Source: Botryllus schlosseri
Lineage: Eukaryota
Assembly (NCBI GenBank): GCA_051294905.1
Contig: CM119371.1
Span: 22,010,001 to 22,074,000, forward strand
DNA: 64,000 bases
Direction of reading: 5' to 3'
A program made the position numbers and the translations under genes. The notes under the pieces are model-generated. The model ran no database searches and had not been told where the DNA came from. It saw only the letters and a program-made list of their open reading frames with translations. The number at the start of each line of letters is the position of its first letter. The stretch's first letter is position 1. Below are positions 12,791 through 24,574 of the stretch, piece after piece.

Positions 12791-13449
12791 GTCGTAACCA
12801 CCAGCTCAGTGGTCGTAACACACCAGGATCGTGTACGAAACACTTTCGGACGGGCTTAGAAAAATTAGGGTCTATCGATTTGCGTAATCTCTAACTCTAC
12901 CATAACGCATGCTACTAAGGATGACCTGATACTTGATTCGTGGCATAGGGACGATTCTTAGTTCACGTATATTTTGAAAAAATAATCCTTTGATTAAAAA
13001 TAAATGAATAAAACATTTGTTACCACACTTCAAGTCACGGCTCACCGGCAAACCTCTCGCGGCACCTACGTTAAAATCACTGTTGTCGGGAAATTCATGT
13101 GACCATCATAAAGTTACTTTTTTACGTTGGAAAACGCCATTGTGACGTCATGTTGATAAAAGTCGCTCGCAGCCCTTGCCACACCACCCGATATTGTCAC
13201 GAGCCGCCACTGGTATTTAGGTATATGCATTAGCTTGAAAACACAAACGCTTTGAAACATTCAGTCGAACTGACAATTTATCGAATATAAAATGCTTGAT
13301 TATACAAAAAGTCCAGTACAATGGATGTACAGTGGATGTTTTTTCTGTTCACGAAAATATGCTTTTATCTGGAGTGACTTTTCAGAGATATCCCACCACC
13401 TGGGACATGAATATTCTCACATATTCTCAAAATACTGGTGAATACGTAA

Positions 13450-14673
13450 CTAATCTTCCAGGGATCTAACACTCATAGGCCTTGACTCGGTATGTGTATG
13501 TCCATGTCTTTTCAAGGAAGCAAGCAGGCTAAACGCTTTTCCGCAGATCTGACATGCATATATTTTGACTCCGGCATGTGTATTTTCATGTATTTTCAAC
13601 TGAGAATGCTGCCTAAAGGCTTTTCCGCAGACCTGGCACACATAGTTTTTGACTCCAGTATGTGTATTTCCATGTGTTTTCAAGTGACTAAGCTGGCTGA
13701 ACGCTTTTCCGCAGATCTGACATATATATTGTTTGACTCCGGTATGTATATGTCCATGTGTCTTCAAGTTGCCAAGCATGGCAAACGCTTTTCCACAGAT
13801 CTGACACTCATAATTTTTGAATCCAGTGTGTATATTTTCATGTCGTTTCAAGTCACCAATCTGGGTAAACACTCTTCCGCAGATCTGACATGCATACGTT
13901 TTGACTCCAGTATGTGTCTTTTCGTGTTTTTTCATGTCATCATGCCGGATAAATGCTCTTCCGCATATCTGACATGCATATTGTTTGACTCCAGTATGTG
14001 TATTCTGATGTGTTTTCAAGTTACTGATCTGATTAAACACTTTTCCACAAATCTCACATTCATAGTTTTTGACTCCAGTATGTATATTTCCATGTGTTTT
14101 CAAGTTACCAAGAAGGGTAAACGCTTTTCCGCAGATCTGACATGTATAGTTTTTGACTCCGGTATGTGTATTTCTGTGTCTTTTCAAGTCACCGTGCTGA
14201 GTAAACGCTTTCCCACATATCTCACACTCATAGTTTTTGACTCCCATATGTGCATTCAAGTGTGTCTTCAAGTTACCGAGGGATGTGAATGCTTTTCCGC
14301 AGATCTGACATGTGTAGTCTTTTATTCCAGTGTGAATATGCATGTGTCTTGTTAAATGTCTATTGAAGTTACCGATCCAAATAAACTTTCTGCCACAGAT
14401 ATCACATTCATGGCCTTTCACTCCATTATGTGTATTTCTATGTATCTTCAAATCCCTGCTCCCAATACACTTTTCGCCACAGACATCACATTCATGGTCG
14501 TCGAAAACAGTGTGAACTGTTCGATGTGCTCTCAATGCAGCCGTTGTAGAATAGGCTTTACCACAGATATCACATTCATCTTTCCTCGCTTCAATGTGGG
14601 ATTGCAGGTGAGTTTTCATTTCGCCACGACGATGGACGCATTTCCCACAGATCCAACACTTTTTTCTGGTCAT
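13450..14673 (-). CDS. tandem C2H2 zinc-finger protein, subfamily T, 407 aa, 14 fingers
   Basis: Open frame of C-x2-C-x12-H-x3-H units with HTGVKNYxC linkers; candidate 3' splice acceptor (ttcag) at 14812-14811; in-frame TGA 9 codons upstream of the ATG. Confidence 0.9.
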   Translation of the reverse strand: MTRKKCWICGKCVHRRGEMKTHLQSHIEARKDECDICGKAYSTTAALRAHRTVHTVFDDHECDVCGEKCIGSRDLKIHRNTHNGVKGHECDICGRKFIWIGNFNRHLTRHMHIHTGIKDYTCQICGKAFTSLGNLKTHLNAHMGVKNYECEICGKAFTQHGDLKRHRNTHTGVKNYTCQICGKAFTLLGNLKTHGNIHTGVKNYECEICGKVFNQISNLKTHQNTHTGVKQYACQICGRAFIRHDDMKKHEKTHTGVKTYACQICGRVFTQIGDLKRHENIHTGFKNYECQICGKAFAMLGNLKTHGHIHTGVKQYICQICGKAFSQLSHLKTHGNTHTGVKNYVCQVCGKAFRQHSQLKIHENTHAGVKIYACQICGKAFSLLASLKRHGHTHTESRPMSVRSLED

Positions 14674-15889
14674 TCTTGCGGATGAATGTAATCTACTCCA
14701 TCAAGCGTCACACAATAACACCGACAGTTCTTTGTCCAATACCGGATTTTGTGTTCTTGCAATCCAAAGGCTATTGCGTAGTATGATACTTGTTATAATA
14801 TAACATTAGTCTGAATCGCAATATCATCAGAGAACAAGTTATTCAATGACGGATCAGTCTAATGATGAAAGAATTATAATAATTTCTAGAATCACCAACA
14901 TATGACATATTGATAGGCGTTACCTCGAATATATCTCAGCATTGTAATAATCTGTAACCAGACACATTGTTATGAAATAATCGACACATTTTTCGCTAGG
15001 CTGCAATTGCGGAGAATAAACAAATTTTCAGAACAGGGTGATCTTGAAGGAATCTGGTAACTTGGCTGGAATAATTTAAATTTTCAGAATATATCGTAGA
15101 TGACCGAATTTCAACTCTGTATTTGTTGGAAATTGTCGATGCATATGCTGAATTATAAGATAGCCAGTTCTCGTAGGTCATGTGTAAGTCTCAGCTCATT
15201 TAAATGACAAATAATATAGAACCAATTCACAACAAGTAGTACAATTACCATGAATCATTTCATTGCAACCTTGTGTATGATTTGCAATAGAAACACATTC
15301 ATCGCAGAGTCTATGTTCTAAATTTTCCTAGCAATAATGAGTACGTTTAAATATCCCCGCTACGACAGCACAAGTAATGAAATTCGAACCGATGGGTATT
15401 TAGTGAATGGTAAATTTGTGAAAGTCGTGGCCGGCATACTTTTCAACATAAAAATATATCATCTAACATGAATTCCATGTGGTGTACTTCTTGATGTACT
15501 AATCACAAAGACCTGACTCAAAGGAAACGTGACACGAAGTTGATTGAAATCATATCGGGAATGATAGCTCTTTATTATTGATGTCGAAAGTGTTATATTT
15601 CTTCAACTCAAACATTTTTCAATGTATCACTCACAAGATATGAGCCTTGGGTGTGAGTATACTTTTTGGCATGATCTGATCAAGTAAATCGTTGCTGAGT
15701 AGAGAATCGTCACTCAAAAATAGAAGGAGTTGGTGTCCCCCCTTAATTATAAACTCCAGACTTCAAGCCAAACAAGGGTAATTTCTGTATATGAATATTA
15801 GTTTCTTGTTATGAATTGATTTTCAAAAAATATTTTTGTGGGATTTTCAAACGTCAATGAGATCCACAAGAAGGGTAGCTGCGAGCGGC

Positions 15890-16340
15890 AGTTGGGAACT
15901 ACTGGTTTAAACGCTTTTCTGCAGACCTGACATACATAGTTTTTGAATTCAGTATGTGTATTTCCATGTCTTTTCAAGTGCCCAAGCAGGGTAAATGCTT
16001 TCGGTAGATCTGACATGCATACTTTCTGACTCCAGTATGTATATTTCCATGTGTTTTCCACACAAACGATTTACCACAGATCTGACAGTCATGGATTTTG
16101 ACTCCAACGTGAGCAGCAATATGATCTGTTAAAGATGTCTTCCTAGTGAAAGACTTCCGACACATCTCACATTGATACTTTACTTCCGTTTGTGTATCCA
16201 GATGTCTTTTCGCGTGACCGATCGGATTATAATCTTTGACAATGACCTTGCATTCATGATTTTCCAAAACAGTGTGGGACAGTAAATGTTTTTCAATGTT
16301 GCGATTGTAGTAAAGGCTTTTACAGAGGAAAAATAGCAAT
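15890..16340 (-). pseudogene. truncated, frameshifted C2H2 ZF remnant (subfamily A)
   Basis: Finger fragments (CEMCRKSFTRKTSLTDHIAAHVGVKIHDCQICGKSF) spread over several frames; 5' part deleted. Confidence 0.8.
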
Positions 16341-18019
16341 AACGGTTCAGTTTGATAAAATACAAAATCCAATCAATACAGGAATAACAATCATATGATA
16401 GCTTAATAGGCTACCAGTTTGGTTGGATTTGCTAGGCATCGTAATGATGAATAAGCAGACAATTCGGACAGTTACCAATTTAGAACAGTTGTTCCAGATA
16501 GATTATTGATTCTCAAACTGGGATCCGTGGTCCGTTTCAAAAATTCAAATGATCGAGGAAATTTTTTAAAAAGCAATTTTTTAAAAGTGTGTCGAGCGAT
16601 TCAAGATTCCAATACGTGCAAAATTGGGTACACAGTTTATGATATTGGATATGATATCAACGTCCGCTATCGTTTTTACCATTATGCAAACTCCTTATGG
16701 AATTAGACAGATTAGATTTGTCTGATCTAAACTCCTGAACAGTGACGTGCTGTCAAATGAGGCAGGTGAGGTATTGCCTTACCTGTCGTCAGGGTGAGCA
16801 AGAGAAAATTGTGAAAACCCTCAATGATAATTGATATTTTTCATCGATATTCATAAATAACTAAATTGTGAACATTGTTTTCACCCAACATCATCAATTT
16901 GCATAATTATTATTCAAAAATACATCGCGAAAGGAGAGGCGAGGCACGGGCGGGTCGTGACTCACCTGCGACAATGCAATTCATCATAAACAGCTCGGGA
17001 TTCATAATAATTGGTCTCAGTCAAATGCTGTCGTCGTACTGATTCCGAAAACCCAAATATTAACAGTCTCATAGCATCAGAACCCCTCAAAATGATCAAG
17101 GAATGTGAAATTCGGCTTTATTACAGACGATGCCATACAGCACTTGGACAATCTAAGCACAGTGAAGCGCGCTATCGATTTCGAGAAAACAACAGTCTTG
17201 TAGGACTTGTTTAGTAGCGACGGCCAATACGTAATGTGGAGAAAATACATTTCCAACTGATGTATAGCTGATATGTTCTGGCAAAATTGCGAGAGTATGG
17301 AAAAAATTTTCATCTCATATTTGGAAATTTCCATACTATACCATACATGTAGTTTCCCCTATTCCATACTGAAATTTCGTTCCATACCATATCAAACCAT
17401 GACCTAGCTTTATTGAATCTGATTTGTGCAGTGCGAGCCAAATATCACAGGTGCTAATCATACGATGTAATTTGAATGTTACAGCAACAGGAAAAATACT
17501 AACATTCTCATCTAGAAACAGATAAGTGAGAAAAAACGACGTATACCAAGAATTTCCGTGGCAGCTATAATGGACGTATGCAAGAGGCTTAGTGACACGA
17601 AGATACCAGCCCACCAGCATTTCTACAATCTTAGCCCAGTAATCATACAGCCGGAAAGCTTATCCATAGATATATGCGCTGTGTACTTGTTAAGATTTGA
17701 TCCTAATATTAAATCATATTGATATGGTGGCAGTTTTGTTCTTATGACAGTGTCATGTTCAAGATAATCATCACCAAACGGAACCGACTCGTTTTTCGCT
17801 ATTTTTCTGCTCATTCCCAAGTAGTATAAAATTGATGTATCAGCAGGAACAATCAACATTTAAATGCAATACCGTTTTGCAGCATGGCAACACAAAGGTT
17901 TCGAAACATTCCATATGTCTGAATGAAATATTTGTCAATCTGACAATTCATTAAATGTAAGGTGTTAACGATGCAAAAATTTCAAGATATGTGATGTATC
18001 CTGTGTTCAATAAAATGTG

Positions 18020-18918
18020 CTTTCAGCTAGAATGGCACTCCAGATATATCCCACAATTTATTGTCACCTCTGGCATGATATTCACACATCTCCTTAAAAT
18101 ACTGGTGAGTAAGTAAACGCTTTCCACGAGTCCAACACTCATATTTTCTGACACCGGTTATGTGCATTTTCATATGGCTTCTAGTGACCAAGCCGGATAA
18201 ACGCTTTCCTGTAGACCTGACAGTCATAGTTTCTGATTCCAGTATGTATGTTGCCATGTGTTTTCAAGTGATCAAGCCGGCTGAACGCTTTTCCGCATAT
18301 CTGACATGCATAGCATTTGACTCCGGCATGTGCAATTTCATGTCTTTTCACGTGACCGTGCCGTGTAAATGCTTTTCTGCACGTCTGAAATTCATAGTTT
18401 TTTACTCCTGTATGTGTATACTAATGTATTTTCAAGTTATTGAGTTGACTAAAACCTCTTCCACATATCTCACATTCATAGTTCTTGACTCCGGTATGTG
18501 TATGTCCATGTCTTTTGAAGTCAACAAGATGGGTAATCGCTTTTCCGCAAATCTGAAATGCATACTTTTTGACGCCAGTATGTGCATTTCCATGTGTTTT
18601 CAGGTGGCCGAGCCTCACAAACAAATTTCCACAGATATGACAATCGTGGTTTTTGACTCCAAGGGGAGAAGTATGTGTATATGCATGTATTTTCGAGTGA
18701 CAATTCAGATTGTCCTCTTTGCCAATGGTCATACATTCATTATTTTTCAAACCAGTGTGAGATAGCGTATGTTTTTTCAGTGTAGCGATTGCAGCAAAGG
18801 CTTTTCAGCAGATCTCACATTCAGTATTTCCATCTATAAGGTGGAATCGCAAGTGGGTTTTCAAACCGTCATGACGATGGAAGCTCATTCCACAGAGCCA
18901 GCACATCTTCTTCGTCAT
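18020..18918 (-). pseudogene. C2H2 ZF pseudogene (subfamily A)
   Basis: Starts MTKKMCWLCGMSFHRHDGLKTHLRFH; premature TGA at 18807-18805 in finger 2, further stops and shifts downstream; acceptor at 19059-19058. Confidence 0.9.
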
Positions 18919-19174
18919 CTTTCTGGAATTTCTGTATATCACTTTAATTCATCAAGCATCGCGCATGAACCGCTCTCTGTTTGAAAACGAGTACTCAACG
19001 ATAGCTTGGAATGAGCTATTAAAGAGTACTATAATTCTTGTATTATAGCAACCTTGTCTGAAACACAGAGGATAAATCGCAATATTGAATAAGTTTGATA
19101 AATTACAAAATCCAACCAATACATGAATAAAAACATAATAAATATTATTATTTGTTAAGTTGAATTTTTGTAAT

Positions 19175-19195
19175 TGTAATGATCGGTAATCAGAT
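19175..19195. promoter_or_regulatory. conserved ~21-bp motif upstream of ZF coding exons (representative copy; nine copies in the window)
   Basis: TGTAATGATCGGTAATCAGAT-like motif at 14943, 16440, 19175, 34693, 42958, 47965, 49181, 59949 and 63178; function inferred only. Confidence 0.4.
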
Positions 19196-20289
19196 AATTC
19201 AGATGAGTAGTTCCATAAAGATGTTACGCCTGTATTTTGGAGATCACAATTAGATTTCAGATACCCTTTCGAAAATTTGCTACAGATAGAACATTTGGGA
19301 CGTTCAGGTTTCAACTTGATCGTCTGATAGAATCCAGCTCCAAGACACTGAACCGTAAAGTTACTCTGCTTTCAGCGAGTCCATCGAAAGACTGACTATC
19401 ACATTACAAACAGTTCCGGATCAACTGTGACATTTTCAGCACGGTTCGGCTAGGCGATTGGCGACGGATAACTGGTTCGGAGTAGGGACCTGGTCCCTTT
19501 AAACACCAGCACCGATAGCACTAGCCGACACAGGATTGTGTCTGTAGACCAGTAGTTCTTCAACGTTTTCAACCACGACGCAAATCCAAGTGATATTGTC
19601 ATCTTGCGATCCAAGACTCGCTCATAGAAATGAATACATTTCAAACGCTACTATGCTACATTTTTCACGGGCAAGCTGTACGTAACGGCTTTCTATGAAA
19701 CATGATTCATCACATTGATCACAATAACTATATTAGTCATTGAAGTCACATAATATTCATCATCCATGGTATTATTTGTGCACAATTTTCTTTATGCGCA
19801 TATTTAGGGTTTCCAAAATTTTTCTACTCACAAGCTCTTTGCAGCAAATTTTCAAGATTAGGGTCACCTGAACCATTGGTCGCGATCGATTTTACAGAAG
19901 CAAGTAGGCCTAAGAGAAAACGACAAGCACCACTGGCAGGTAGAATTATATGATTTTTATCCGGACCTCCATGAATTTTATGTTCTGCCCCCCCATTTAC
20001 CCATTACGACAGAATGCTAGAGTGGGAAAATGTTGACGCAATATTGATGATTTAACCTCAGCAAGTGACGCGACTCTTTTCCCTTCTCCCTCTTTCCGTC
20101 TCTTTCTCTTTCCCAGAACCGAAACACACATGATTAAGAATCTGCGCATTGGCCTCGATGCAAAATTCATATTAAGGTAATTGAACTTCTTTGCTGACAG
20201 GAAAAATATTGGTATCCATCCACCTAATGTGCATATGCATATGCATGAGGGTAACTTGGCATTGTTACCGTTTATTTCAACAATCAAAC

Positions 20290-22250
20290 AGGGATCCCCT
20301 TCAGGTTGGCTTTGTAAGGATGCTGCATACTGCATACTGGCAGAACACCATATCAGACCATAAGGAGCTGCCAGTTGTAGCGCTAAGATACTCTAGCAAT
20401 CTGAACGAAACAGAATGTTAAGGAGTGAAAATGTCAATAAGTTGTGTGAAATGGATGGCAGAAACAAGCACATATTTACAAGATAGTTACTACACTGAAA
20501 CTTATAATGAAATCGAACCTAAAGTACACCGACTGCTAATTATGAGAGAATATGGGAATGGATATGTAGCCTACTTGCAGATTGAAATGTTTGTGCAACG
20601 AACATAAGCATTAGCTCATCACACTGTGATACAAAAATTTTAACATCCACATCAAACTGCTTTGTTCTGGTCTGCTCTGTTTTATTGAAGCAGATTGGTG
20701 CAGTGCAAACCAGATTTTTCAGTTAGTAAGCATACACTTTCATTTAAATGTGAAGGAGAGGCACTCATATTCACGTAGTGAAACAAGTGAGTATGTAGTG
20801 GTAAAAAGACCAAAGACACGTAACCATTAGTTCAATATCATCCCAGAAATTAGGCGTCCCAAAATGGTGCTCCATAGATATATGTGCTACATGATAGTAC
20901 ATATTTCATTGCAATATTAAATCAAATTTATGTGCAGGCAGAGTGAATGGACGATGCCACTGAGTAACGGCATATTTTACTATTGGCTATCCAATGTTAC
21001 TGTATAACGGTATATTAAAAATTATCATCACGGATATCATCTATTCCTTGCTCCTTCATTTCAAAGTTGTTTTAAATTTGTGTGTCAACAGTAACATCCA
21101 GCAGCTAAATGCGGAAACGGTTCTTCAGCTCGAACACACAAACGATTCGAAGCATTTAGTATGAAAGTATGAAACATTTATCTGACAATTTATCAAATAC
21201 AAAATGTTAACGATGGTTGCTGATTCAAAAAGTCTAGTACATTGGATGCATCTTGTGTTCACGAAAACTCGGTTCTCGCTGTAATGACTTTTCATAGATA
21301 TCACAGAAACACCGTACTTGCTACCTCTAGCATGAATATACAGTGGACACGATCCATACATGTTCTAAAATTAACACTGGTGAATAGTAAGTAAGCGCAT
21401 TTCAGCAGATCTGACATGCATAGTTTTTGAGCCCAATATGTATATTTTCATGTATTTCCAAGTTACCAAGCAGGGTAATAGCTTTTTCGTGGACCTGACA
21501 CTCATAGTCTTTGCCTCCAGTATGTGTATTTCCATAGGTTTTGAAGTCACTAAGCTGGATAAACACTTTTCCGCAGATTTGATATTCATTAGTTTGTGAA
21601 TCCGGTATGTGCATTATCATGTGCTTTCAAGTCATTGAGCAGGGTAAACGGCTTTCTGCAGATCTGCCATGCATAGTTTTCGACAACAGTATGTGCATTT
21701 CCATGTATTTCCAAGTTACCAAGCCATGTAAACGCTTTTCTGTAGATCTGAAATGCATTAGTTTCTGATTCCGGTTTAAGTTACTGAGCCACGTAAACGG
21801 TTTTCCGCAGATCTGCCATGCGCAGTTTTTGACTCCGATGTGCGCATTTCCATGTATTTTCAAGTGAAAAAGCCGTTTATACGGTTTTCCGCCGACCTGA
21901 CACTCATTGTTTTTGACTCCAATATGTTTATTTCGATATGTTTTCAGATCAACAAGCCGGTTAAACGCTTTTCCGCAGCTTTATCCTGCAAATGCTTCGA
22001 ATCCAGTATGTGTATGTCCGTGTAATTTCAAGTGATCAAGCTGGCTAAACGTTTTCCTGCTGATCTGCAACGCATAGCTATCGACTCCAGTAAGAGTATT
22101 TCCATTTCCTATCAAGTTGGCAAGTCTGGTAAACGCTTTTCCATAGACCTGACACTCAGTTTTTGACTCGAGCATGTGTATTTTCATGTGTTTTCAGGTG
22201 ATGAAGCATGCTAAACGCTTTTCCGCAGATCTGACATGCATAGTTTTTTA
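20290..22250. repeat. segmental duplication unit, paralogous to 31175-33100
   Basis: Collinear alignable sequence (gggatcccc...aaggatgctgcatactg through the degenerate finger tail) with scattered substitutions and indels. Confidence 0.9.
21260..22247 (-). pseudogene. degenerate finger tail downstream of the 22248-23445 array
   Basis: About ten 84-bp finger units with stops and frameshifts (short ORFs 21371-21589, 21402-21620, 21627-21863, 21981-22187). Confidence 0.85.
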
Positions 22251-23445
22251 CTCCATATGTGTATTGCCATGTCTTCTCAAGTTCGAAAGGTGGCTAAATG
22301 TTTTTCCGCAGATCTGACATGCATAGTTTTTTACTCTAGTATGTGTATAAACATGTGTTATTAAGCACGAATGCTGGCCAAATTTTTTTCCGCAGATCTG
22401 ACATGCATATTGTTTGACTCCAGTATGTGTATGGCAATGTGTTTTCAAGTCATGAAGCTGGCTAAACGCTTTTCCGCAGATCTGACATGCATAGTTTTTG
22501 ACTCCAGTATGTGTATTTTCATGTCTTTTCAAGTCGTGAAGCTGGCTGAATGCTTTCGCGCAGATCTGACATTCATAGTTTTTGACTCTTGTGTGTGTAT
22601 TTTCATGTTTTTTCAAATCAGAACGCCGGGTAAATGCTTTTCCGCAGATGTGACATTCATAGTTTGTGACTCCGGTATGTGTAATCCCATGTGTTTTCAA
22701 GTTACCGATCTGACTAAATGCTTTTCCGCATATCTCACACTCATAGTTTTTGACTCCAGTATGTGTATTTTCATGTCTTTTCAAGCCGTGAAGCATGCTA
22801 AACGCTTTTCCGCAGATCTGACATGCATAGTTTTTGACTCCAGTATGTGTATTGCCATGTCTTCTCAAGTTCGAATGCTGGCTAAATGTTTTTCCGCAGA
22901 TCTGACATGCATAGTTTTTTACCCCAGTATGTGTATTAATATGTGTTTTTAAGCACCAATGCCGGCCAAATTTTTTTCCGCAGATCTGACATGCATATTG
23001 TTTGACTCCGGTATGTGTATGGCAATGTGTTTTCAAGTCATGAAGCTGGCTCAACGCTTTTCCGCAGATCCGACATGCATAGTTTTTGACTCCAGTATGT
23101 GTATTTTCATGTCTTTTCAAGTCGTGAAGCCGGCTAAATGCTTTTGCGCAGATCTGACATTCATAGTTTTTGACTCCTGTGTGTGTATTCTCATGTTTTT
23201 TCAAATCATAACGCCGGGTAAATGCTTTTCCGCAGATGAGACATTCATAGATTGTGACTCCGGTATGTGTAATCCCATGTGATTTCAAGTTACCGATCTG
23301 ACTAAATGCTTTTCGGCATATCTCACACTCATGGTTTTTGACTCCAGCATGTGTATTTCCATGTTCTTTCAAGCTGCTATGCTGAGTAATTGCTTTTCCA
23401 CATAATTCACATTCATACTTTTTGATTCCAGTATGTATATCTCCA
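22248..23445 (-). pseudogene. 5'-truncated C2H2 ZF gene, 14 intact fingers in open frame, native start removed by the Penelope-like insertion
   Basis: Open frame 22248-23456; the first codons derive from the antisense PLE; 588-bp (7-finger) internal duplication. Confidence 0.85.
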
Positions 23446-23467
23446 TCACCCATCACTGAAATTCACC

Positions 23468-24349
23468 ATGGAAAAAGAGGTTAATAATTCATTAGCATTC
23501 CTTGATGTTGTAGTGGAAAAGACGGGTGCTAATTTTGTTACATCAGTTTACCGTAAGCCTACATTCAGTGGGCAATACATTTCGTGGGATTCTTTCTGTC
23601 CAGTAAAACGTAAAGTAAATTTGATAAGAACTCTGGTACACAGGGCTCTGATGATTTGTAGTAAAGTCAAACTTGATTCTGAATTGGAGAACATTCGGTC
23701 AATCTTTCAGTCAAATGGTTATCCCGATCATATCATTAAAATGACCATAGATCGTAAACTCAAAGATTTCAGAAAAGTTAAACCGTTTGGACCTAGAAAA
23801 TGTCCTGTTTATTTGCATCTTCCTTGGATTGGGAAAGTGTCCAACAGGTTTGAAAAACAAATTAAATCGTCAGTGAGCCATTGTTTTTCACAAGTAGAAC
23901 CTCAGATAATCTTCATGACGAAATCTCTGATGCCTGCAACGCAAAAGGATGTGCTACCTGCGACAAATCAAAGCAACATAATATATGAATACACGTGCCG
24001 ATGTGAGAGTCGGTATGTAGGTCGCACGTCTCAGCGCTTGCAGCAAAGAATTCGCCAGCATGTCCCACGGCAAATTAGAATAAATAATGTTTCTCCAACT
24101 CCTTCATCGCAGTCTGTTGACACACTGCGTGATTATGATCAAGTTACTGCTTGTAATTCGGCTATTGGACAGCATCTCTTATCCCATCCAGAATGTGCTG
24201 ATCATTACAATGACAGTCAATTTTCTATACTCGCTCGTGGCCGTTCTCTTTTTCATTTAAAGGTCCTGGAATCTACGATCATAAAGCTACGAAAGCCGAT
24301 TCTCTGTCGCCAGAAGGAACGCCTCTACACTCTTGGAATATTTCATTAA
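23468..24349 (+). CDS. 5'-truncated PLE ORF (RT thumb + GIY-YIG endonuclease)
   Basis: Identical to the C-terminal 293 aa of the full ORFs. Confidence 0.85.
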   Translation: MEKEVNNSLAFLDVVVEKTGANFVTSVYRKPTFSGQYISWDSFCPVKRKVNLIRTLVHRALMICSKVKLDSELENIRSIFQSNGYPDHIIKMTIDRKLKDFRKVKPFGPRKCPVYLHLPWIGKVSNRFEKQIKSSVSHCFSQVEPQIIFMTKSLMPATQKDVLPATNQSNIIYEYTCRCESRYVGRTSQRLQQRIRQHVPRQIRINNVSPTPSSQSVDTLRDYDQVTACNSAIGQHLLSHPECADHYNDSQFSILARGRSLFHLKVLESTIIKLRKPILCRQKERLYTLGIFH

Positions 24350-24522
24350 TGTTATGTGTTGTGTTTTCGGTTATTTGTAACCGAATATGTACTCGTTAAC
24401 GTTTGTTTTGTACCGTTACTACCGTATCTAGCCCGTCTACTAGTTGTTTGTTTTTGTTATTATTACGTCATACAGACAAAATAGTTCTTACATTTCGAAT
24501 TTGATTCACCCCATCACTAACG

Positions 24523-24562
24523 TTCGCTACTGATGAGAGTTAGTCGAAAAGCTTTTAGCGAA
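24523..24562 (+). ncRNA. minimal type I hammerhead ribozyme, copy 1
   Basis: TTCGCTA-CTGATGA-GA gttag TC-GAAA-AGCTT-T-TAGCGAA: 7-bp stem I, CUGAUGA and GAAA cores, 2-bp stem II, palindromic stem III (AAGCTT); predicted cleavage after 24555. Confidence 0.9.
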
Positions 24563-24574
24563 TAAATTAACAAT

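Larger units (their letters stand above)
10605..13212. mobile_element. non-autonomous hAT element (2.6 kb)
   Basis: 14-bp perfect TIR CAGTGGCGGCTCGT / ACGAGCCGCCACTG; perfect 8-bp TSD GTATTTAG at 10597-10604 and 13213-13220; no transposase ORF. Confidence 0.9.
10390..13449 (-). pseudogene. degenerate C2H2 finger tail of the 13450-14673 gene, split by a hAT insertion (finger DNA at 10390-10604 and 13213-13449)
   Basis: 84-bp finger motif (+ strand ttttccgcagatctgacatgcatag...gactccagtatgtgtat) with indels on both sides of the insertion. Confidence 0.8.

Noticed and set aside
13492-14355. Long plus-strand ORFs opposite the ZF arrays (also 18160-18765, 22371-22952, 22959-23282, 33554-33922 and others)
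   Set aside because: Well-known antisense shadow of C2H2 codon patterns; the repetitive MCI..FQV..RFSADLT text has no independent domain signal
19250-19650. Upstream coding exon encoding an effector domain for A-type genes (paralogs at 48030-48420 and 63240-63950)
   Set aside because: Reading frames are not conserved between copies, and in-frame stops between the acceptor and ATG of the ZF exon prevent fusion; may still be a non-coding exon or promoter
22248-23445. 84-bp periodic repeats as a CRISPR array or satellite
   Set aside because: The period is exactly one 28-codon zinc finger and the variable parts are recognition helices, not spacers; no cas genes and a eukaryotic context
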